A stretch of 64,000 nt of DNA, taken from assembly GCA_965112155.1 (NCBI GenBank), contig OZ218104.1. One strand, given 5' to 3'. Positions within the stretch are counted from its first letter, which is position 1, and each line of letters opens with the position of its first letter. Positions 26,482 through 37,500 of this stretch are shown here, piece after piece. Made by a program: the position numbers and the translations under genes. Under the pieces are notes generated by a model. That model ran no database searches, was not told the origin of the DNA, and saw nothing but the letters and a program-made list of their open reading frames with translations. Source of the DNA: Podarcis liolepis. Taxonomy: Eukaryota.

Positions 26482-29400
26482 GTACTCCGTTATGACTGAA
26501 AGCTTAGGTGAAAGGTGAAAGCAAAGTCTGATATTAGACATAGCATGTATTTCTGCTGAAGTTGTATACCTGCAATTTTGTTTAGAATGGCAGCGATACT
26601 ATAGAATCATAGAGTTGGAAGAGACCACAAGGGCCATCGAGTCCAACTGCCTGCCAAGCAGGAAACACCATCAGAGCACTCCTGACATATGGTTGTCAAG
26701 CCTCTGCTTAAAGACCTCCAAAGTAGGAGACTCCACCACACTCCTTGGCAGCAAATTCCACTGTCGAACAGCTCTTACTGTCAGAAAGTTCTTCCTAATG
26801 TTTAGGTGGAATCTTCTTTCTTGTAGTTTGGATCCATTGCTCCGTGTCCGCTTCTCTGGAGCAGCAGAAAACAACCTTTCTCCCTCCTCTATGTGACATC
26901 CTTTTATATATTTGAACATGGCTATCATATCACCCCTTAACCTCCTCTTCTCCAGGCTAAACATGCCCAGCTCCCTTAGCCGTTCCTCATAAGGCATCGT
27001 TTCCAGGCCTTTGACCATTTTGGTTGCCCTCCTCTGGACACGTTCCAGTTTGTCAGTGTCCTTCTTGAATTGTGGTGCCCAGAACTGGACACAGTACTCC
27101 AGGTGAGGTCTGACCACAGCAGAATACAGTGGCACTATTACTTCCCTTGATCTAGATGCTATACTCCTATTGATGAGGCCCAGAATTGCATTGGCTTTTT
27201 TAGCTGCCGCGTCACACTGTTGGCTCATGTCAAGTTTGTGGTCAACCGAGACTCCTAGATCCTTTTCACATGTACTGCTCTCAAGCCAGGTGTCCCCCAT
27301 CTTGTATTTGTGCCTCTCATTTTTTTTGCCCAAGTGCAATACTTTACATTTCTCCCTGTTAAAATTCATCTTGTTTGTTTTGGCCCAGTTTTCTAATCTG
27401 TCAAGGTCGTTTTGAAGTGTGATCCTGTCCTCTGGGGTGTTAGCCACCCCTCCCAGTTTGGTGTCATCTGCAAATTTGATCAGGATGCCCTTGAGTCCAT
27501 CATCCAAGTCGTTGATAAAGATGTTGAATAAGACCGGGCCCAAGACAGAACCCTGTGGCACCCCACTAGTCACTCTTCTCCAGGATGAAGAGGAACCATT
27601 GATGAGCACCCTTTGGGTTCGGTCAGTCAGCCAGTTACAAATCCACTGAGTGGTAGCATAGTCAAGACCGCATTTTACCAGCTTCTTTACAAGAATATCA
27701 TGGGGCACCTTGTCAAATGCCTTACTGAAATCAAGGTAGGCTATATCCACTGAGTTCCCTTCATCTACCAGGCTTGTAATTCTGTCAAAAAACGAGATCA
27801 GGTTAGTCTGACATGACTTATTTTTCAGAAATCCATGCTGACTATTGGTGATCACAGCATTCCTTTCTAGGTGCTCACAGACTGTTTTCTTAATGATCTG
27901 CTCCAGAATGTTCCCTGGTATTTCAGGATTCTTGTAGAATATGGGATCTCAATTTTGTCATATTTTTCTGGGCCAAATAAACTAAGTTTTCTGAACCTCT
28001 TCAGACATCAGGCAGTGGTTAGGCTTGCAACATTCACTTTTCTCCTTGGCTTATCAAAAGGCAAGGAAGGGCAGGGTTAAGTGGCCACACATCATAGCAG
28101 AGCAATATGCTTTTGAAAAGTAAGCAACTTGTCTGTTGACCTCTAATTCTGATTCAAGATTTGGCATTCTGATTTCTGGTCTGCATCACAATTTCAGAAT
28201 GACTACTTATGTGTTCTCTCTGTAAAAAGTGGTCACAACTCAGGTAGGGAAAACAAACCTACAAGGCACTTTTGAATTTGTAAGCAGCAATGGGAGGTTT
28301 GATAGAGAAGTGCTGATGCTTTGGCCATCTTCCTCTTCGACTGATCAGGTTTTTCTTTTCTTTTTAGGTACCAAACAACAAGAAATTGTTGTTTCTCGAG
28401 GCAAAATCTTGGAGTTGCTTCGTCCTGATCCGAACACAGGAAAAGTTCATACTTTGCTGACAGTGGAAGTCTTTGGAATCATTCGTTCTCTCATGGCCTT
28501 CAGATTAACTGGTGGAACCAAAGACTACATTGTGGTGGGCAGTGATTCAGGTCGCATTGTTATCTTGGAATATCAGCCCTCAAAAAATGTGTTTGAGAAG
28601 ATTCACCAGGAAACCTTTGGCAAGAGTGGCTGTCGCAGAATTGTTCCTGGACAGTATTTGGCTGTGGATCCTAAGGGGCGAGCTGTCATGATCAGTAAGT
28701 TGGGATGGTTGTTTTCAGTGGTAGCTGTATAATAATGTTGAATAACTGAATGGGAGAAATGATTTGGATAAGAAACATTGGTTGGTTTTTCTATCCTTGG
28801 TTTAGGTTTTGAAACTGCTCCAATCAAAAGTGCTTTTATTGGCGATCCCAGTGCAACTAGATCTGTGTTGCAATTGGGAACTGAGAAGTTGTGAGTTTCC
28901 TTAGGCTATCTAAGTGAGTTTGTGGTTGAGTTGATATTTAGACCAGGGATTCCCAGTTTATACTCTTAGCCACTCCAGCTAGATTTACTCAGCCAATCAG
29001 GGTGATTCCATGTTATGAAGAATTTGTTGGAATGTAGTATATTTCAAAATACTTTCCTGCTACCCATTTGGTACTTGATGTGGTTATGTGGATGACTGCA
29101 GAAAACTGAACTAGAAACTGAATTAGAAAACTGAACTAGCTAAGTTTGCTTAATGGGGTGTAAGTGGAGCCTTCTGTGGGTGTCAGTTTGAAGAAAAGCA
29201 CTTGAGCCCTATGTATCTGGTGCAACAGTTTTCTCTTCCCTGAAGTGATGATTAGGAATTCATGTCTCTTCTCTGACATAAGACATGGAGACATTTGGAT
29301 CCAATTCTGATCAGGTTCTTATCATAAATGCCCATTTTCTTTTGCATGCATCATGCCATTTTTTTTAAAGCTGAAATGTAATTTTGGGGTTTGATACAAA

Positions 29401-32400
29401 TCTTAGTAGCTAAAGTGGATCTGTAAAAACATTGAATGTTGAACATGGTTTTCTAATTGTTTACAATCCTGTGATGAGAAAAAAGGTGTCTTCAGGTGAG
29501 CCTCCACTGCCATGGTTCTAAGAGCGTATGCAGCTACCTTAATGCCACCTTTCCTTTATGTGGGGCTGCACTATGACAATGGCAGTTATGGCTCTTGTAG
29601 TCCAGAAGAGGATGGGTGTGCGAAACCCAAGTCCTGCTGTTGTTCAACTTCTAATGTTAAACTGGTTTAGTGTTACATCTGAATGCAACTACTGGTTCTT
29701 CCAACAGGAAAGTAGCAGGGGAAAACTGCTGTGCCTTGAGAGGGCTGCAAGGCCTGCTTATGCAAGGGTAGGGATTGGGCACCTTAAGCATTAAAGTGCA
29801 GACATCTTCTGCTTCTGTATTCCTAATGTTCTCTCTGTCTATCTCTTCATAGGTGCCATTGAGAAGCAGAAGCTAGTGTACATTCTGAACAGGGATGCCG
29901 CAGCCCGACTTACAATTTCTTCCCCATTAGAAGCGCATAAAGCCAACACCTTGGTTTACCATGTAGTTGGAGTAGATGTGGGGTTTGAAAATCCCATGTT
30001 TGCCTGTCTGGAAATGGATTATGAGGTATTGAGGAATTCGTCTCTCTGGTGACTCTTCCCTGCTCAACTGTTTGTGTGTCTCTTTAAAAAAATGCAACTA
30101 ACACCTTGTTGACTCTTTGTCAACAAAGTCAACTGTCCATCTTCAAGTTCTCCAATATGCTTAGTATGCCCTTCTTATAAATAAGCTGTCTTTCATTGTA
30201 TTCTCCATAATACAGCAAAATAGAGATTTCTCTGGATGGCGTGGAGGAGGCCTCCAGTGCAACCATGGGTTAGGTCCCCACTATCAGAGTTAGGCAAGTC
30301 ACATGACTGAGTACATAAACAGATCAGAAGGGCAAGGAGGGAAACAGGCCTTGGTGGGCAAGCAAGCGATTGCGGAGAGCAAGTGCTCTCCAAAGGTGCC
30401 CAAGTCCTTGACTTTGGGCTTAGAGAGAACACAGCCTAAGATCAGAGGGCACCTCACCTGAATTTGTACTAGTAGTTTGTTCTTAAGGTAAAGGTAAAGG
30501 GACCCCTGACCATTAGGTCCAGTCATGACCGACTCTGGGGTTGCAGTGCTCATTTCGCTTTATTGGCTGAGGGAGCCGGCGTACAACTTCTGGGTCATGT
30601 GGCCAGCATGACTAAGCCGCTTCTGGCGCACCAGAGCAGCGTACAGAAACACCGTTTACCTTCCCGCCGGAGCGGTGCCTATTTATCTACTTGCACTTTG
30701 ATGTGCTTTTGAACTGCTAGGTTGGCAGGAGCAGGGACCGCAACCTTCTGATCGGCAAGTCCTAGGCTCTGTGGTTTAACCCACAGCGCCACCCGCGTCC
30801 CTTGTTCTTAGAGGCATATTAATAACAACAACAGTATTACTATTTGTTGTGTATATAGTGTCATTTATGCACCGGTATGATATATTCCTGTAACCGAAGA
30901 GATTTCCATTCTAAAACAGGCACAGGGAAACAGTAGAGGAATTGGGGAGGCAGGTGGAGAATGTGTGTTGGTTATTTAAGTTAATGTCAGCTCTGGATAC
31001 ATGTGGGACAGGCACTGTAAGACAGGAGTTGTATGGATGTCTCTTGAAGTGCTTTGATGTGTTTTTATTGGTTAGTTTGATTATAAGTTTATATTAGAGG
31101 TCTCTGTACTTCCCTTCACCAAAATAGTCACAGGATGGTTTACAAAGAACAAAACATAATTTTAATTTTTATAAGTAATTCTTATATATTACGTTCCATT
31201 GATTTTGTGGCAATAGGGTCAGCTGCTGCACCAGATAAACAGGCAGGTGGCAGACTGAATAATCAGTTTCTGAACTATTGGATATTTAAATTTTTTATTC
31301 ATGGCAGTTTTTCTTTTGGGACCTTCGCTTACAGTGCAGGCAAACCTTTTCAGTCTGCTTTATTACCCTTAATTTTTTCATTTTGTTATGAACATTTATA
31401 TAGTATTCTTCAGTTGAAATTTCCAGGACAGCTTACGTTAAAAATGCATCTAAAAGTATGTTCTCTTATGAGGCAGAGTATGACACTAATTTATTGTTGG
31501 TACATGTATTGTTTTCCACAGGAAGCTGACAATGACCCCACAGGAGAAGCGGCAGCCAACACGCAGCAAACCTTGACATTTTATGAGTTAGATCTGGGTT
31601 TGAACCATGTTGTCAGGAAATACAGTGAACCCTTGGAAGAACATGGCAACTTCCTCATTACAGGTACTGCTACCATTTCCAGTCCTTTTAGGGAAAAGGC
31701 ATTATCCTAAGATGTCAGAAAGAGAACTGCTTGGGACAAATGCACATTTTCTGTAGGCTCAAGCCATACTTGATGAATGAAAAGTACATATCCTTGATAG
31801 TTGCTTTTGTGCCATGCTTTACAAAAGTGCAACAAGTATTTCCACTCTATGCTCTACATTGGAAACCTAAAGCAGGTTAAAAAGTGGAGACCTCAGAAAC
31901 CATCAGATTCATGAAAGCTCACCATATGTAACCCTCTCGTTCCTGTGCTTTTCTTTGCTACCCTGGTGATTGTCTGCACCTTAGCCCAAACCTTGACATT
32001 GTCTTATTGCAGCAGACATTCAAACACGAATACATTACTACCAAGTAGTCTGGGAGCCAGGCCAATACTGGACAGGGCAGGATTGGCAGAGGGGCAGCCA
32101 GAGTAGGAGAGCTGGCTTGCCACCCGGTTGGGTCATGCTGTTGAAAGAAACACCGGATATTTGCAAGTCCCTTCTTGCTTTCACTTCCTCTGCTTGAACA
32201 CAGACTTCTCTTCAGCCTGAAAATGGTGGCAAACGTGCAGTTTTTTCTCAAGTGTACCTTGGGTAAATCAGTTCCGCAAGAACCAGACGAAACTATAGCT
32301 GCTGCAGCTGCTCTTCTTCAGCTTCTTACAACATGTTTCTTTTATTCGTCAGTCCCTGGAGGTTCTGATGGTCCCAGTGGAGTGCTGATTTGTTCTGAAA

Positions 32401-34513
32401 ACTACATCACCTACAAAAACTTTGGTGACCAACCAGATATCCGATGTCCCATTCCCAGAAGAAGGGTAAGGATCTTGTAGCTTTTTTCACCCTAAAGGAG
32501 TATCCCAGTAGCATTCTCTGGGCAGCTGAAAAAATGGTTCACCTTTCAGGTTTGGCCAGAAAACGCAGCATTTGTATGAAGATGAATGCATTATTAACAA
32601 AGCTATGTAGACTTCATTGAGGTCCTTAGTGAACTTGGGCTTCCATGGAGTGGGGAGTGGGTCTTCTCATGCCACACCTTACTTGTTAACTCCTTTTCCA
32701 TATCAGCTAGTAAGAGCTGGCAGCAAAAGGTTGACTTATGATTTTGCAAAATTCTCTCAATGCTCATTATCTTGCTAAGACTTTTAGGGGCCATTAGGAA
32801 TTTGAATCTATGTAACAATATATCTGAAGAGTCCACAAGGGACTGTGCTGCCTGAGCCAGGCAGGCAGGCAGGCCACCATTGCCACCTCCAGCAGCTGTA
32901 CTGGTAGACTTTGCAATAATTGTGGATGAGGTTGCTCTAGAAAGTTCATACTCCATCACCACTTTGTCATAACTGTGGAAAATACTCTTTGTATTTACTT
33001 TCATCACAGCAAAATGGCAGCAACGCATGCACTTTGCAGGGTGATCTTGCCCACTGTGCCTTATTCTGAGCAAGGTGTGAGATAGGCACCAAGGAGAGCA
33101 TTTGGGTTATCCTTGCTTTATGGGAGGAAGGACCCAGTTGGATGGCTAGCAGTAGTAGCAGCTGGTGATGGAGGCAGGTCATTTGAGAGTAGGGGTGCCT
33201 AGTCTTCAGCCTGAGCTATGTGAAGAAGAAGAGTAGAAGAGTTTGGATTTGATATCCCGCCTTTCACTCCCTTTAAGGAGTCTCAAAGCGGCTAACATTC
33301 TCCTTTCCCTTCCTCCCCCACAACAAACACTCTGTGAGGTGAGTGGGGCTGAGAGACTTCAGAGAAGTGTGACTGGCCCAAGGTCACCCAGCAGCTGAAT
33401 GTGGAGGAGCAGAGACGCGAACCCAGGTGTAGAGTGGCTCATTATAGGACCAGCCACAAAAATATTAATTTCCTAGTAGCTGAAACTATTATGATAGAAA
33501 TTATTACTTAAGTATGGAAGTACTGCTAATTGTAAACTGAAAGTGAAAACGCTGTTGTGGCTTGATGTGATGAGTTGATGTCTCTTCTCTGATGCTTATT
33601 GTGGAGATGGCATTTCTTTCTGATCAAGCATTGTTGGTGATTACGTACTTGGTGCTGTGCAGGACACAGAAGACACTGTCTAGAGGTTTTTAAATTGCAA
33701 ATCTGTATTAGACAGTCAGAGACATTACTGAGAGAGGGCTGTACCTCCCGTCTGGTGGAGTTGGGGTACAGTCTCCTTTGTTACTTTAGCCTTCAGGCAG
33801 CAACTAAAAATGGTCCTCTTTCAGAGGGTGTTTGAGACCCTTGAGCTGCAGTTTTAAGGTTCATGTTTTTGTTCCACTGCAAACCATTGCTTTGTCTGTT
33901 CTTTTTGTTGGTAGTTTAATTTTATGTTTTAATGTTTACTTGTAAGGTCTCTTGAGGTGCTTTGACAAGAGTTGGGAGATATAATTAATTTAATAAATAG
34001 ATCATGTTGGAAATTGATATGTGAGGATGGGGGGGGGAGGGAGAGCTGGACCCAGGGATCGTGAGTTTTATAGCTCCTGCAAAGCCCAGCGAAAGAAGCG
34101 AGGGAAGTGGCTTGATGGAGGGGTCGGGAGCAGCATCCCAGAAGGGCCCACGAAGGAGGATTAGCAGGAGAAGAACTTCCCCAGAATGGAAGGAAGCAGT
34201 GAGGGAAAGCCGCTATAAAGAGGGGTGATATTTGCAGTAGGGGGGAAGCCATTAACAAAGGTGATTTCTAGCTATGATTCCATTAGGGCAGCTTCTGCCT
34301 TTGAGTCTGACTTCCTGTTCTTTCTGGCAGAATGACTTGGATGACCCTGAAAGAGGCATGATTTTTGTCTGCTCTGCTACACACAAGACCAAGTCTATGT
34401 TCTTCTTCTTGGCTCAGACTGAGCAGGGTGACATCTTCAAAATCACCTTGGAGACTGATGAGGACATGGTACGTCTCCCGCTGTGTTCATGAATGTTTGC
34501 TTGTTTGTTTGTT

Positions 34514-34546
<33 letters not shown>

Positions 34547-37500
34547 AATGTTTGCTTGTGTGTGAGGGGGAGGGAGGGAGGGAGAATGGGTGATGTGTGA
34601 ACTTTCACATCCAGCTCAAGCAGTAACTCATTTGTGGTGGTTTCAGGTAACAGAAATTCGACTCAAGTACTTTGATACAGTTCCTGTTGCTGCTGCCATG
34701 TGTGTTCTGAAAACTGGGTTCCTTTTTGTGGCTTCTGAGTTTGGAAACCAGTAAGTGAAATCTCTGACTTCTTTCTGAAGGGTTGCTGAATTTTTATGCT
34801 TGGTACTGCTGTTGATGTTCTGCAAAGCACACATGCAGTTCTGACTGCCTTTCCTTCTCTAAATCTGGAAATTGTTCAAGTTGTGGCCGAATCTCAGACC
34901 CTTGCGACCAACCACAGGTATGGCCTGCCTGGTTGGTTTCATCTTGCTAATTTCATCAAGGAGTGTGTCAATGTCCTGTTTTCAGAATCTTAAAGCAAGC
35001 ATGGGTGTTGTGAGTTATTATGTTGGGATAAAATTTTGGATTTGTTTAGCCAGTGAGGCCCAAACACGTCTATACACATATAGCTCATGGTGTGATATTT
35101 TATTCACAGAAAGAGAGAAAGGATCTGGGCAGAGAGCATATTGTATTGTTTGCCCTTTCTACAGATAGACCAGGGGCAGTCAACCTTTTTATACCTACCG
35201 CCCACTAATGCATCTTTCTTGATGGTAAAATTTCCTCACCGCCCACCAGTGCTTGATGGAGGGAGGATTCAGTTTGTGCCGTAGAACCCCCTATTGCCCA
35301 CCTAGAATCCTGAAACGCCCACTAGTGGGCGGTAGGGACCAGTTTGACAACTCCTGAGATAGACAAATAAGGAAGTGAAGATGTGTCTTAAACTTGGCCC
35401 CTCAGCTACTCTCCTTTGTCCTCAAAGTGTTTTCTTCAGCAAGCAGCCCTACATCTTGGACATAATTGAAATAGCAAAGCTTGGGGTGGGGAGGAAACGG
35501 TCCAGTTTCATCAGAAGTGGCCCTCTTCTCTTTGCAGCTACCTCTATCAGATTGCTCATCTGGGGGATGATGATGAGGAGCCAGAGTTCTCCTCTGCCAT
35601 GCCGTTGGAGGAAGGAGACACATTCTTTTTCCAGCCTCGGCCTCTCAAGAACTTGGTGCTGGTGGATGAACTGGACAGCCTGTCTCCCATCTTGTGTTGT
35701 CAGGTATGCTGTGTGCTTTGTCCCATAGCTTGTGACAAGCTGCTGGGTTCTGTGCTGACCTCTGATGCTGGACATTGTATAGCCCACTAGACCTTGAGAA
35801 TAATTCCAAAAATGGTATAAGTCTCCAAAACTCCTTTAGATCAGAAACGCAAAGCAGGTGAGTTAGTTCTTTGTCATGTTTGTATTTCACTTTTCCTCAG
35901 AGTTGCTTAGCGCAACATGCCTGTCTCTCCTCTTCCCACCATTTATTTTCACAGCTGCTACTTTGGGTTGTAAGTTAGGAGGTGATACCCCTATGAGAGA
36001 GTGTCTGACTTGGTGGGAGTTGTATCCAGTGCACTGCACTCTTCTGAATTTTGCCACTTTTAATTTTGCACAGGATTTGTTAGGGGCCCAGGACTTAACA
36101 CTTTATGCGCCCCAATAGTTTGCAAAGTGGGCTAGCATAATTAAATTGTGCCAGCTGTAGGTCATTTTGCAGCATTTTTACAGAAGTGACTATCTGAAGG
36201 GAGGGAATTTTGTCAGGAGAGAGCCCACTCCCAGTGGGAGCAGTCAGATATATATATATATATATATGCAGGTTTTGGTGTCTTCGGGTGTCTTCCCGTG
36301 TAAGAGTTGGGGTGTCTAGGCGACGTTTCGACGAGGTCTCACTCGTCATCTTCAGGCTGGTGCTTTCGGCTTCTTGTTACTGGAAATACATAATAAACAT
36401 GTACTTGTTCCAGTAACAAGAAGCCGAAAGCACCAGCCTGAAGATGACGAGTGAGACGGTTTTTTTTTTTAAAAAGGCCTAAAATATTGGAGGTCTTGAG
36501 TGGAAACAAAACCCTTTGGGGGAGCCACTTGCGGCACCTGATTTATAAAAAGGTAATTTTATACAAAACACTAAAATGTAAATTAATACTTTAAAATACC
36601 TCACAAAACTGCAAGCCTTTCAAAAAACCGGCATAATTGGCAAACCAAAGTTAATGGACTATGCTGAAATGTAAAACTAACTGGAAAGCTCAGAAATCAA
36701 GATAACAAGAAATTTAAAAAAGAATGGGAAATGTTTATTATGTATTTGCAAAAGTATTGTAAACAGGTTAATACATTGGCAGGATTTTTAAAATACTTGA
36801 AATTAAAGAAATAGTACAGGAAATCTGAGGTAAAAAAAAATAATTTGGAGTAGAAATGATAATGCAGCTGAAAAGAAAACTAAAGGAACGGGGTGGGAGA
36901 GTCATGGGTTCAGAGAATCCCACTTTATGGATTTGATATTGTTTATATATTTTCTTTGTGGTTGTTATTGTGTTGTTGTTTGTTAATTTTGTTGAAAATT
37001 TAATGAATATATATATTAAAAAGCCTAAATATAATTTTGAAGGGAAATCCAAAAAGTTGAAATCTGAAAAACATGGAGTAAAAGGTTGGAAGATGAGCTC
37101 TTCCATAAAAGTTTGCTCCAACCGTGAGACTAATTCAGGGGAATATCTTCCCCACTTGATGTCATTTGCCATTAGTTATTAACACAGATTACCAGTTTAT
37201 CAAGTGGCAAATGTGGGAACCTTTGCCGCAATCACATATGCAAATGGGAGTAAAATGTTGTAGCTCTATTTATGATGCTTTGAAAGTGATAACTGATCTT
37301 AATCGAACAACCTGTCACTTTTCCTCTCTTTCCCCTGCATCTTGGCTGCTTTCTGTGCAGATAGCTGATCTGGCTAATGAAGACACCCCTCAGTTATATG
37401 TGGCCTGTGGGAGGGGGCCTCGGTCGTCACTGAGGGTCCTTAGACATGGACTTGAGGTAAGAAGGGCAGGACATGAAGAGCAAAGCCATTCTGGATCTTC

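Noticed and set aside
29471-29520. Extra GTGATGA C-box-like motif (also at ~6132 and ~41792)
   Set aside because: No suitably placed D box, terminal stem or recognisable guide.
34641-34653. cag|GTAACA at the SF3B3 exon 8 start, resembling a recursive splice site
   Set aside because: Explained by the Val-Thr codons; the preceding intron is only 178 nt.
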